Shown here one piece after another: positions 1 through 13,388 of a DNA stretch of 64,000 bases. This stretch comes from Sphagnum compactum (lineage: Eukaryota), in NCBI GenBank assembly GCA_965153455.1, contig OZ234493.1, positions 31,548,213 through 31,612,212 of the forward strand, given 5' to 3'. A program made the translations under genes and the position numbers. The notes under the pieces were generated by a model. The model had not been told where the DNA came from, did no database searches, and saw nothing but the letters and a program-made list of their open reading frames with translations. How positions within the stretch are numbered: the first letter of the stretch is position 1; every line of letters begins with the position of its first letter.

Positions 1-3000
1 ACGCCTCCGGATGTCTGCCATATCCAGCCATATATATAATTGAGACATCAACATTTGACTTTCTTAAGGCCAAGTCTGGACTACAATCACTTGAGCCCCA
101 ACCCTCAAATACACAAGCAGACCCCCATCAGACTGATGGACACTTTGCATTGTTTTGGATCTGATCCAATTGAAACTCTGCCACTATCTGTGTGTGTAAG
201 CTGTGCACATGGTACTCAAAAATGTGAAGCTTGCATATGTCACTACTTGTTGACCCTCTGGCCATATGTTAGGTGTAAGTAGGACCTTGACTGGCATGAG
301 TAAGATGCATGGCAATCAGCCTTCCAAGATTCTGCTGGAAAGATCTGTTCAAGGAGCTCAGTTCAAATAGAAAGGATCAGGATAATGAAAGATGAGAATC
401 TTACCAGGAATCAGGCAGTAAAAAAAGCTGATGCTCTGGCTGGCTAATGCCAAGTGCTTTGTTGTGATAGATTTTAACCCGGAAACCTGATCAACAAACA
501 ACCAGCCCAAAAGGTCCAGGAATTCAGCTCAATTGCATCTACTATGACAAGTAACAGGAAATAGAAAATAATCATCTTTCAGACTTCTTGTGACCAACTA
601 CATCAGTTTTTATGAGATTTCTTACAGAAGCATCCAAGCTCCCAAATAACCCTTTAGACAAAGAAAGGATGTGGACTGGCTGAGATGAAATTGAAACCAA
701 TGCAAAAAACAAATGCCACAGTTGCACTGTAAACTTCATAGCTACCCCTCCAAATGAATTAACACCCAGAATGAAGTATCTTCAATGTCTAGGAAACAAG
801 CAAACAAAGAGAACAGGTTGATGGACTGGAAATCCAACAATCAGACAGTAACAAAGAACAAAGGAACTAAACAAGTTTCATAGGTGGATATCAGGAGAGA
901 AACCTGCATGGCCCCAGCACCAAGCACCAGCTGGCAAGAACGGGAATTATACAGCTTCAAGATTTCAGCTACACGGTGGACAACTTCTGTGGCCAAAGAG
1001 GGGAGAGCATTGCTGATGTCCATGTACTCAGCAATCATCTTCAACAGTATGAGCCCACTGCATTCATAAAATGCAGCTCCCATAAGCAAATAGAGAAAGG
1101 CTGGGTCACCATCACACAAGGCAACTTCAGATGGAAAAAAGGACATCTGCGATGCTGATGGGAAAAGATTGACTACCAGTTTACACAGTGGTATGTTATT
1201 CCTTGGACATAAAGAGTCTTCACAGATGCTTTCTCTCGACCCTTTTTCCCTTTAGTAGCAACTGTATCTGACAACAATGTTTCACTGGGCAATGGGTTCG
1301 GTGTCAAGACTGCTGTGTTTATGTTGTTTGGAGTTGGGTTTTCTCCTCCTTCAGTTGTAGAGCTCCCAGCTCGAATACCTCGGTCTGTTGTATCTTCAGC
1401 TGTAATGATCTGGGAGAACAAAATTGCAAGCCATTGTATCAGATTCAACTACAGGTATACATGTTTAAAGGTAGCTGTTGCCAACCACTAACTTACAACC
1501 ATCCAAACCCTAAACCCTACACAAATAAATCGTAAGGCTTCAACTTCATCAGGTGTTAGGATAAAACTTATATCACTACAGTGCTCTGTACCCAGTCTGA
1601 AAATAGTTGTTCCTAAGCATTTTGTTTACCTGAGTCTACCTTTCTTCTCTTCAGTACCTATAGCATGTGTACTGAATGAAACTATTTGACAGCATCAAAT
1701 TTTATATTATTTTCTCATGTTCTCACATCCTTTAAATTCTGCACATTGCTCAATATCATGATAAGGTCCTAATTTTCAGCCTCACCTTTCCATTAGTTTG
1801 ACCCATAGTGCTGTCAGGTACTGGTGTCTCCTCTGCTATGGAGGACTCTGGAGCATCACTAAATCGGTCAAGTAAGTCTGCTGAGCCGTGGGAAGCCTCC
1901 TCACTTGGTGAAATAATGCCATTGCTTTCTGCTGAAGTGAGAGAGTCTACAATCGCCTGAAATTCATCAGGTGCATCAACTGCTACCCATGTCTCTTGCT
2001 CCAAAACAGCTGCAAGCTTTGACATCTGCAAAAAAACATCATAGCGGCCCTTAAAGTCATTCTGAGGCAAATCTGCAAATCCTGGAAAGAAGATTGACAC
2101 CACCACTGAAGGCTGGCTCAATGAGCTACACCACAAAACAATCACAGAAAAGACAACCCACTACCATACAAAAGAGAAAGAAGACATACTCGAAGGGTGT
2201 GTTGATAGTCAACAAAGGATTTGGACTGTGACTGCAATGTGCCTCGAATGCTGTAGCCCAATCGACCCCCAACCTGAGTGAGGCAGTAATAACTTGTCAG
2301 ACTCTGCAAACTAGAAATGACAGTATCAGGATACTGTAGACAACTATAGCACTATGCACCTCTCCAAACAGAGTTACAGACAGGTTCATGCCAGTAGAGA
2401 CGAAACAACAAGACATAGAAACACAGAGCATGAACCCTGATAATTACAAGACAGATCTAGAAGATGTGCACAAACAAGTTTACAGATCCTAGCAGATACC
2501 TTCTCAGTGGCTGATATGAATTCCTGAGTTATTTCATAAATGCCTACAAACTCCTGCAGACGCAGTTTTGGATGAATGAGAGCACGGACTCCCAGCAGCT
2601 TGGCCCACCTTCCATGTGCAGCATCACATGTTGCACATACTGCCTCTGTATTTTCTCGAAGGACATCAACTCTGGAAACCCAAAAACAGCTCTCTTGTCA
2701 TCCAAAAAGAAAAGTGATGTACACAGTGAGCAAGCAATTGCAGAGCAGATGGAGGCAACAACTTGAGGAATGCCAAACATGCTCACCGGAACTGCTGGGA
2801 GATACTCATTGAATTAGCCCTGGTCAAGGAGCTGCTACTTGAGGACCCTGTCTGGCTTTCTTGTGCAGCTTCAGCCGCTGCTGCTGCAGCAGCACCTGAT
2901 GCAAAAGCAGCTGCCACAGCTGCTGCTGCAAAACTCCCTTGTAACCCTCCAATTATCTGCTCTATCACAAGCCTCACTTCTGCCGCTCGCACTAATCTTG

Positions 3001-6000
3001 CCTGTTTCCAATCCCCCATCACTGTCAACTGTCAGCCACGGAGTGGCAGACTATCTCTTGATCCACTGTCAGCAAGAACTTCTGTGCCCATTTTTCTCCA
3101 AAATTTACCTTAGGGGTTGGCTCTTGGAGTTGTCAGCAATTTTGACCTGGTTTGATTCTTACTGAAACTTTTTTGGACAAGTTATACAAGAGCCCATATC
3201 ATGCGGTCTTCCTTTGGTGTCTTGCTGCTCACATATAAAGCCTCATAACAGGAGTGGTAGCCATGTTAAAGGTCATCATCACAAGCACAATCATGATTCT
3301 GGATCCACGTATGGCATGGAAGTCACCAGGGATGTGGATCCTGGACCCAACATGACTATTGGGAACTCATTCTTGAGGTGATGGCTCAAAGGAAAGAATC
3401 TAATTGAAGGACATTCAATCAAATTGCCACCAGTACACGTGAAAATGTCATGACATGATCTTGCCAACACCCAATGGGCTAATTTGGATAGCAAGTCCAT
3501 GTTGGGAACTGCAGACTTTCAGAAATTTCCCAAACAAACAATGTTTGATTTGGAAAAGGAATACCGCTAGGGCATGGGTGCCATAGACACCTAGAGAGTG
3601 CTCATACAAAGTAATCTTTACAAGTAGTAGAGATATCACCATACCTGGACTGTAGCAAAAACAGCAGATAGCAACTGTACAAAGCTTTCAGCTGATAAGC
3701 CCCGCAACTTGTATGCCAGTGATACACCCCCAACTGCACCACCAAAAGTGACATCAACCTGGATGGTACACTAAATACTCCATCAAAGCAACCAAGAACA
3801 CAAAAAGCAAAGGCAAAAAGGCAAGGTGTGAACCAGCAAAACACCTTTGAAGATCCAGCTCTTATCCCAGAGAATGGGATCTCTAGCCCACTTATGAACT
3901 GTTGTAAGGTCACATGTGTAATCTATAGGAAAGTCATGAAACCCCTGACAAACCTTGTGGAGCAATTAAAGAATCTAGAGTTGGAGTTTTAATAAAAGCT
4001 CGCACACCTTCCATGTCCGCTTGTCGGTCAGCAGAAGGAAGATCACCATCAGGTGCACGTGTAAACAAAACTGGAAGAAGCTCAGCCACGACTGTTCTGA
4101 TGGCAGCCTTGATGTCTGTGTTCAGTGTGTCTCTGTACACACGCAAAACTGCAGGCAGCTTTGACTGCTCCCACACAACCACAAAGAAACCTTCTCTGCT
4201 TAACATCACGTCACATCCAAGCATTCACCAGCTTTTCTGTTGAGTGATCACAAGATGCAAATCTTGGGCATTGATTGTAATAACCCACATTGAGGCACAC
4301 AGAACACAAATCTGGGAAAATTAGGGTTTTGAATTGAGTCCTGCCAAAATGACTGAGATATATAAATGTGTAGACTACGCACTGTTCTTAGCAAGCCAAC
4401 CACAATTGGCAAAAGTTGGTCTCTTAAGCCATTTTCTTCATCATCGCCTACATGCACCTGCAGGGAACCACCATGAACCAGACTTCAATGACACTCCTAT
4501 TCAGGACATGGGGCACAGTAAAGGACAAATAAAAACCATTGCAGACAGCAGTTCAACAGTCACAGCAAGAATAAACAATACCCAATGTGCTTTACCCTAG
4601 TCCATGAACACATCCCAGTATGGATGCTTTGTAATGGGGAGACTGTATACCAGAGGACTTCTTTGCAAGGTTTTCAATACTAAACGAAAATAGTGGAGAC
4701 ATGCACACAACCACCATTGCCTATACTGTTATAGAATTTCTAACAAATGCACTGCAGCAAGATGAAAAGTGGCTAAGCATTATAATTGCACATCTTGAGG
4801 AACTACACATTCCATTCATACCAAGAACCATAACTATAGAGGATTCTGCCTGCAATTTGGATGTACCTCAGACAACGCAAGTTCCTTCACTACAAAACCT
4901 TTTCCTTTTGTGTTGAACTTGGCCATAATTGCACTGGATTCCAAATCTGCTGAGTCGTGAACTGCTGCCCTCACAAAGTCAGCAGCCAGCACACTGCAAA
5001 AAAGACCCATATGAAAGACAGGTGATGACATTGCTATGAAACCAAAAGGGGAAGCACGTTTAAAGAATCATGGCTAGCTATCAAAGGTTGTTACCTATTC
5101 ACAGACTCCATGGCTGCCGTCAGTTGGTCACCCAGATGTCGGAAACAGTGGAGTCCAACCAGCTCATCACCTTCCTGCCCATACAGAAACGAAAATATCT
5201 CTCAGCTGGGGTACAACATTAGCTAGATGTGGCTGCAATTATCTACACTAAGACACCAGACACATGAAGCTTGCATGTTGCAGGATCATTAGGAAACTGA
5301 ACATGATTGCCTCAAGCTTTGCACTTTCTAACCTGCATAGCAAATTCTTTAAAATGCATCACATAGCAATCCATCCAGAGGGCTGGCAGCTGATTGTGAT
5401 CAGGTCTTATTCTCTAGAAAAGCCCTAAGAATCTGTAATCAAAGGGCAACCTGGAAGGAGCATACCAGGAGAAGGCGTAAGTCATCAATTACATCAAGGG
5501 AGCCAGCAGTATCTGCAGCTGCTACAAGCTGTTGAACAAGCAATCACGCACAGATCATTGGCACTCTGTCAAGCTGTTAAAATAGTATGCAGCAAGGATG
5601 GCCAAATAGAACAACCCATTATCTGAAAAAACATCTTACCAGTCGCATGGCAGCAATGGCCTGATTAACATACTCCACAAACTTGAGCTTTTCAATCAAA
5701 GCCAAGAGGTTATGACGGCGCATTTCCAGAGCCTGAACTCGCCGAGCAGGTTCAATCAGATTTTCGCTGAGAACATTTACAGTGGCTTGAAGTTCATGAA
5801 TCTGATCACAAGAGCCCACTATTCTACTGTTGAGATCTTCGAGCTGGTCAAGTGCCTTGAAGAATGAGTCAGAGCGAGCTGAAATTTCCTTGACCAAGTG
5901 AACCTCCACAAGATCAAGGTAATGAGACAACTTTTCTTGGAGAAGCATGTTTTGTGGAAGGGAAGAGAAAGGACAAGCTGCTTGGAATGTTGATCCTTTC

Positions 6001-6539
6001 TCAAGTGCAAAGTCTTCATCAAAGTAAAGAGATGGAATCTCTCGGAGACAAGCGACAAGCCCTTCCCCTTGCGTTCCCCGCCCTTCTGCTTCCAGATCTG
6101 CTGCTGCCACTGCATTACCTTCATTGCTTTGTTCTCGGTTTGCATGCTCTCTTACATCCGCAAAACGACTGTATGGCTCAGAGATCAAGTCCAAGTAGAC
6201 CTTGAAATCACTTTTAGAAATCTCTGTGAGGGTCCCAGATGGCAGAGTTGGCGGCACAGCTTCGGCATTTAGGTCATTTGGAACGGGAAAGAGCCATGTT
6301 CCCCAAGTACTATCATTGCTATAGATTCCAGACTTCCCCAGGTGTGGATTATTGAGCACCGATGCAAGACTTTGCCCGTAGTGACTTGCATCACTCTGGT
6401 TTGCAAAACCTGATGAGGACTGCTTGCTCAGTGCAGTGGTGACACCATGCTTGATGCTTGATCCAGCTTTACTTAAGCTTGAACCTCCATTTCTTTGCAA
6501 CTCAGTCGAAGGCATCCCAGGTAAAACAGGGCCATCCAT
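1..6539 (-). CDS. VPS54: Vacuolar protein sorting-associated protein 54 (GARP complex subunit), 3' end truncated by window edge
   Basis: Exons (minus, all GT-AG, phases consistent): 6539-5640, 5528-5466, 5174-5095, 4993-4867, 4457-4383, 4164-4008, 3733-3645, 3001-2787, 2671-2500, 2273-2190, 2025-1786, 1409-1177, 1057-904, 486-405, 14-1; 895 codons in window. Translation matches plant VPS54 motifs: QSLASVLNNPH, LQEKLSHYLDLVEVHLVKEISARSDSFF, HGRWAKLLGVRA, LEQETW, CQLVLGAGAMQVSGLKSITTKHLALASQ. Confidence 0.96.
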
Positions 6540-7800
6540 TGAGCCACTCTGTGGTGGTGCCTCAGTACAACCATGAAAGAATCATGGATTCTGATGATGT
6601 CATCCTCCAGAAATCATGACTTGGAGTAGTAGTATTTCACAATCATCAGCAAGCACCCATCCCCTCAATACCTTCTGTCAAGTTTGTCACCACTCAGATG
6701 CTCCAACTCCCAACAGCGCTGAAGGATGTTTTTTCGTGTGTGAAAAGACCCTTTGTCACTTACTTCTGATCTTACAGCTGGCACTGTTGATCTGTTGCAT
6801 CCGAAGCACATCATTGAGGGCAACGAGTGAGTGGTTTCCTCTCTCTGGCTAGATTTAAGCTCCAGCCAAGCAAGAACTTTCCAATGGAAGACTGATCCCA
6901 ATGTTGCAAGGAATACCCTATATCCCTGACAACAACAGCAGCAAGGTAAGCTCAGGATGTGCCAATTCAAGCAACCTCCAAGATACATACATACACACCT
7001 ATTTCTGCCACCAATGCCCGTGCCCAACACACAGGAAATTTTCTTATGAGAGAAAGATCTTGTGAAATGAGCAACCAGTGTTCTTTGCAAGGGTTGACCT
7101 TTGAGCAAAATGTGCATAAAAGAGAAGCAAATCCTGTTATCCACAACGGAAGTCACACAGAGAGAGTTCTACTGCTATAGTGGCCATAACCCTAAAATCC
7201 CAAAAAAACCAAAACAAGATTATCTTCCACAATGCAGCATCAGTCAAACTGATGAAGAGATCCGAGCCTCCAAATCTCTTCTGAATCCAAATTATCGAAC
7301 TTCCGAAGGGAAAAAGAAGAAACTAAGTAGGCAAAAAGAAAAACATAAACATAAACTCCAAGCAAGCAGACACGCAACAACACTACCAAAAAACACTCTT
7401 TTTCCCTCCCTCTCCGACCACAACAAGAGACACAAAAGGGAGTCGAGAACTGAAAATTCCACTCCAAAAGGAAAAGAACACAAGACAAGAAAGAGACGCC
7501 TCCTGAAAAAGCAAACCCGCCCTGCACCCCCCTCCCCCCCCAAAAAAAAAAAGAAAAAAGAAATCGGAAAGGACTGAGAGAAAACAAAATAACCTGGCAG
7601 AGAAAACTCACAGATCTTACGATTTTGTGGCAGATTTAGAGCAAGTCTAGCAACCCATATCCAGAGATCGCTTCTGCTTCCTCGTCGCCGCAACCCATTA
7701 CCACGATCGTCTCCACGACCATCGCCACCAGCACCACGCACCGGGGAAGAAGCTCAGGGGCGGGGGCACACAGTGTGAGAGTCCGCAGTGTAAGAAGTTA
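6540..7800 (-). other. Probable spliced 5' UTR / first intron(s) of VPS54
   Basis: GC-rich first-exon-like segment ~7621-7800 ends at a GTAAG donor (plus cttac 7616-7620). A U-rich intron follows on the minus strand, with candidate acceptors at 6926-6927 and ~6672 and a donor at ~6763. UTR structure is inferred. Confidence 0.5.
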
Positions 7801-8615
7801 ACACAAGGGACGGAGGCGCGGGGACCGGTGGACAATAGAAATTTCCGGAGTTTTATTGTTGAGGACCACTTTCCATGTCGCCCGCGCAATAATAGCGGAC
7901 CCGCTCTACAAGGGACGTATGCGTATAATATACGAAATCAGACTACATACTGTATACGAAAACAGACGTATTCGTAGAGGAAATCCTACAGGTCGCTTGC
8001 TGCTCACTTCTTCTTTTTCTTTTCCTTCCTTCCTTCCTTTAATTTCTTTTCTTTTCTTTTTTTAAAAGAAAAACCCGAACCCTGTTGTGCAATGTGGAAC
8101 CGGATTCTCACAACCAGGGTGTCTGGTTTGGAATTTAGAACCGGCGGGTATATTCATCCCCGCCTTGAAACACGGTAAACCGTATTTTTGTTGCTCATCC
8201 TTTTTATGGATTTAAGGACTTTTAATACCCTCCATGCACCAGCATCGGATGGGTATTAGAAATTGTGCTGGAGCCTCTCCGGTTATGAGGCGGTTCTTGG
8301 GGGGCATGACTCTGGTCACAAGAAAATCAAATACCCGGTTTCTGATACCCTGATACCACCTGGGCTGGTTCGGCAGCCAGGTGCTTAATAATTATTCCCT
8401 TTTTTTTGGGTCATTTATTTCAGTAAAAATAATAATAATATTTTACAATTATGCACTATACAAAATAAAAAATGACCAAAAAAATAATTAATTAGTGAAA
8501 TTAATTACCAGGGCTACGTACTTCTCGGATTCTGAAATGATTTTTTTAATTGAAAAATAGAGGGTTATTTTAAAATCAAATACCCCTTGTCCAACAATAA
8601 TGGCAAATTACCGAC

Positions 8616-8745
8616 CCAGCCTTTTCTTTTACTGGCAAAATCAAATTTAGCCTAAAAGCTAAAATTCATCATCAATTATATATATTTTTAAATGAAGTGA
8701 TTTTGGAGGGTTTCAAATGGGCTAGAAGGGAGCAAAAAATTTCTT
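8616..8745 (+). mobile_element. Fragment of MITE-like repeat family (same family as 27304-27605)
   Basis: Begins CCAGCCTTTTCTTTTACTGGC, near-identical to the reverse complement of the 27605 end (CCAGCCTTTTCATTTACTGGC); downstream similarity continues (…TTTCAA…AGAAG…). Confidence 0.55.
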
Positions 8746-9249
8746 AATTCTCGTGAGAGTTATATGTTATATGATAATAAATAACATTTTTTTTCAATTT
8801 TCCAATAATGAAAATTTGGCATTTTTTTTTTTCCGTTATCAAATTATGCCCCATTACATGGTGACTTTTTAAGGGTCAAATTTATTGCAAAACACAAACC
8901 ATACCTAATTAGTAGGGTGTTTATACTTTTGTTCATTAAAGGGGCATTTATGGCATGTAAAATGTAATATTAAAAATGATCATAATCTAATTATTGTCTT
9001 ATATATAGTGTAACCAATCTAGTTGATGATGAATTTATTTTTGTTTTTATTAAAATATTTCATTTTACATGAAATTAACAATTATTTAATGTGGCTTTGT
9101 TTATTGCAATTTATGTATACATGGATATCTTGGATATCTTTATTAAAAATTAATAATAGTTTGATTGTTATGAGTACGACACACAAAATGTATTGATAAA
9201 TCAAATTTAGTATTTCGGTTCTCATTTTGTGTGGTAACCTATTTCATGG

Positions 9250-11100
9250 ATTTTAATTGTTCTTAAAAATTATGTCAATTGCATAAGCAATAACAAAAAG
9301 TCCACAAGAATGCATATCATATTGTTAAGATAGATATAAGTTAATGGGCAAAATGGAAAAAAAAAAAAAAAAAAATGGAATTTTCCAAATGTTTCATGAT
9401 CCAAATTTCATTAAATGGTGTGTTGGAATCAAAAATAATACATTTGTAGTAAGACGCATGTGGATTGATTGTAATACGTAGTATCCAATGGTTGCCATTG
9501 ATGTGTGTTTTGTAAATATTTATGTTTATATCGGATTTTGCCACATAAATTAGGATATGAATGTTGGTCATATTGTTGGTTTTTTTGGTATGGCCAACAT
9601 AAATAAATTATTGGCATAGTGATATTGACAAACGTTTATTCATTAGTCAGGCAATTTTGTCGAGTAATACATATTTGTGTATTTAGTAGTCCACATTTTT
9701 CTATTCAATATATATATGTATTTGGCACATTTGTGGCATAATTTCATTTTAGGATTTCAAGAACATAATTAATCAATCATATTTCCATTATTTGTGATAT
9801 AAGTTGATTATCTATATTGGTTTTAATTATGTGTCAAGTGATTTAGATATCATGACACTTGTATTAATTTACGTTGCATGGATTTTTTAAAGATCCTGAA
9901 ATTGTAAATCTCTAAATATTATTAACATTTGTAAACTATGTAAGTAAGAGAAAGAGTTACATGGATTATAAAATTTTCTAAATTGACATTACTTTCAAAC
10001 CTTGGTACAAGTTTATTTAAATGTAGCTAAGTTATGGCTTTTGTCTGTTGGGATGTTTTCTTTAACCACAAATTGGATTTTTTTAATTAAAAAAATGTGT
10101 ATTGTCATTAAAATAGTGTAGCATGTATGGTTATATTTTGTTAATATCTGATGAATCATGTAATGATTTATTACTTTTTTTAATTCATTATGAAGTAAAA
10201 TATATGAAGTCATATATCCCTTGGAACAACATCTTTTATTGTGGCAAATTTTCACCATTTTGTAGGGGGAAAAAAGGCCCAAAAGCATAATAAAGGGATT
10301 TTTAAATGGTTTAAATTCACTAGATTTTGAATGTTAAAAAAATGATTGCCAAATTTCTTCTTTAGGCTTTGGTAAGTGACCACATTATAAAAGGATTTTG
10401 AAAAAAAAAAAACAACTGTGAGAGATCTAGTATGTAACCAATTATGGCTAAATCTTGTTATTATTGTTGTCCAAGCAACAAAGGAAAAAAAATTACATTG
10501 AAGGCTAAAAAGGTTGATTTTTAGTTTTGACAACAAACATGTTTGTAAAATATTTTCATCATCTTGTATGAAAATATTGTTACATGTATTTTGTAATATG
10601 CTAGAATATTGCACATCTTCAACATGCCTCATTTGCTAGATATCAATAGTATTGTGTTCAAACTCACATTATTGTCTCACAAACTTTTTATTATCATTTT
10701 TTTGGGTGTGTTTTGTGAATGGAAATTTAGTAGTTGCATATTCCTAAAATGTAAAAACAATCGTTGATTGCTAACAATTGCATAAAATTTCCCATGAACA
10801 TAATATTTAAACCTACGAAGGAAAAAATGTTGGCTTTTAACATTTCTAGTTTTAGGTGGATGTCAACAACCATATTGCAACCTACCATTGATACCTCATA
10901 CATAAATAGATCGTCATATACATGTGGGGTCATCAAATTGTTGACTAGAAAGCCAATTATTGAATGGATCGTTGAACCATTTATTAACATTGTAACACTT
11001 GTTATATATGCATCAATATTCAATATAAATTGTAAGTCCATTTTATTGAAAAGTTCTTTGATAACTTAAATTATTCGTGTTTTTCTTATTTTTGTTTTGT
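9250..11100 (-). mobile_element. Decayed Helitron-like element: PIF1-type helicase relic followed by Ulp1/C48 protease relic
   Basis: Minus-strand translation 10727-11041 has degenerate PIF1 motifs LINGSTIHS (Ia), YEVSMVG (~DEVSM, II) and GLNIMFMGNFMQL (~GDFxQL, III). 9250-9510 gives HINGNHW, IIFDS and QYDMHSCGLFVIAYAIDI. Many stops and frameshifts; boundaries approximate. Confidence 0.7.
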
Positions 11101-13388
11101 CATTGACATACATAGTCATATTTTTATTACACTCATGTTTGTTTATATTTGTTGTGAATTATTTAAAAGCTTGATGTTGAAGTTCATTTAATTTGAACAT
11201 ATTTGCATCTTGAAATTATCATTTTTCATTCAATTGTTTGAAATCAAGAAAATAACCCATGTTGTTTACAAAATTCTATCTTTGGTGGAAATTATTGTTA
11301 TTGTTCACATTTTTTTGTGTGTCAAGGATCAATTCTATGTTGTGTTTGTATAATACATTTATTTTCTTTAACACATCTTTTGAATATATAATCTGTTCAT
11401 GATACCTTGCACATTCTAATTTCATTTTGATTTTTTTTTTTAAATTCAATTTGCATAGTTAAATCATCTATCCTTGTTATTTTCATCTTTGTTATTTATG
11501 TTTGAATAGTCATGTCATCTATGTTTGTTAGTTTCTTTCTTTTTATTAACATACCTTGCACATTCCTTTGCAGTTCATTTTATTCATTTCTTTCCATTTT
11601 AATTTGTGAATATATGGAAGATGCATTCATGTATTTTGTCTTTGCATGTTTTTTCAAAATTGCACATGACATTTAACAAATATAAAGATTGGGCCTGATT
11701 TTACTTTAGACCCATCTATATAAATGATTTTTTTTTGTTTAACACTTGGATGATATATAGTGCAATCTCATTCCTATTGTTCAATTTTGATTTGTTTGTT
11801 GGTCATGACGAAAATATGATGTGATTTTATGAATTTTTAATTTGTTTACTAAAATTCAAATGTTTTATATTTATCCATGTTAGATCTAAAGACATTGAAT
11901 GCCATTTTTTAAAACATTCATGAAAGCATCACTTATAAACATCCATATATTTGATATCATATAATTAGATCATTTGCATTTTTTGTGCACATGCAACATT
12001 CTACTAATTCCCAATTTTTTCAAAATGTGAATAATTTGCAATGCCAACAAAAAAAACATCTTCCATGTTGTTTGATGGTTCTTAAATTACATTATGATCA
12101 AGCTTATTTGACTATAATACATTGCCAATTTGCTTTGATTTACGGAGCATGATGTAAATGTTCTCTATATTCTTTGTAGACATCATCCATTGATATTTGG
12201 TCTTTCTTGACATCATTTTAAAAACATTGATCATCTTTTATTGTTATATTTATTCTTGAGAAAAAACAACATCAATGTGTATGTATATATGGGAGTTTTT
12301 AATAACTTTTCCCCCATTCAATAATTGAATTTGAAAAAAAAATTGGTTTTGAAAATTATCCAAAGGTTATAATTTTATTTTATTTTTCCGAATATTAACC
12401 ATATATTTGTTTGTAATCTTTTACATGAGACTTGTAATTTGTTTGACAAGTAAAATTGTCAAGGGGAAGTTACTATGATTCACTAATAGAATACATAATA
12501 TGGATATTAGTTAGTTAGAACCTATTTTATTGAATTTTGCAATGGAGGGAAATTTTTTTTATTTACTTTTCAAATCATGTTTTTGAATATTTAAATGTTT
12601 TTAAAAAAATTGTTGAAGATTATGAAGATTATGTTTTTTTGGAGTAAGAATTGAATAACATTTTGATTTTGTAGGTGTATTTGTGTTGTAGAACTAAATT
12701 ACAAAACAAATGTTTGGTAAGGATTAACTGATTAGTAATTTATATGTTTGTGTATTCAATTTCACATGCATGTTTGTACTCCATATGTAATTCTTGACAT
12801 AGAAGTTCAAATTTGAAATTAGAATAAAATGACACAACTTACTAGTAATTATTTAAATTTAAAACATATTTCTTAAAAACCACATAATTATGGCACATGT
12901 TTGAGATTTTTCTAATAATGTAAAATGGAAATGTGATATTTTAACTTTTAAAAATAGGTTTTGAACTTTATTGCAACTATTGTTGTTGGTTTTTTTTGGA
13001 TGTGTGTGTGACAACTTGTAATTTAATTGAATGTAATTAATTTTAAAATGTTGTTAGAAAAATGACATCATGCAAAAATATTGTTTCATCAAATGAAGGA
13101 ACTTAATTTAATTAGTTTTGGATGTGATTGTTTGGATCAATCATGCCCAATTGGTAAAACATAATATAACAAGGATCGACAAATATTGAAACATTTCTAG
13201 GTCAGCATTTTGATTAAATTTCAAGCAATCATTAATTGAATAATACAAGGATACATTGATTTTCATTTTTTCATGAACCATCATTTTTTGTCTCTTCATA
13301 AAACATCATGGTTTTGCATCTCTTCACAAAACAATGTGTTTTCATGAGTTTGCATGTTTTGATGAAAAAGTTTCACATTCATTCTTCA

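Noticed and set aside
2763..3165. Plus-strand Ala/Gln-rich ORFs
   Set aside because: Antisense shadow of the VPS54 poly-Ala exon.
3300..3342. GGATCCACGT/ATGTGGATCC hairpin in a VPS54 intron as pre-miRNA
   Set aside because: Only ~10 bp of stem; too short for a plant miRNA precursor.
7101..7741. Long Lys-rich/Phe-rich ORFs (7101-7577 +, 7292-7741 -)
   Set aside because: They arise from A/T-run low complexity in the VPS54 first intron/UTR; no domain or codon signal.
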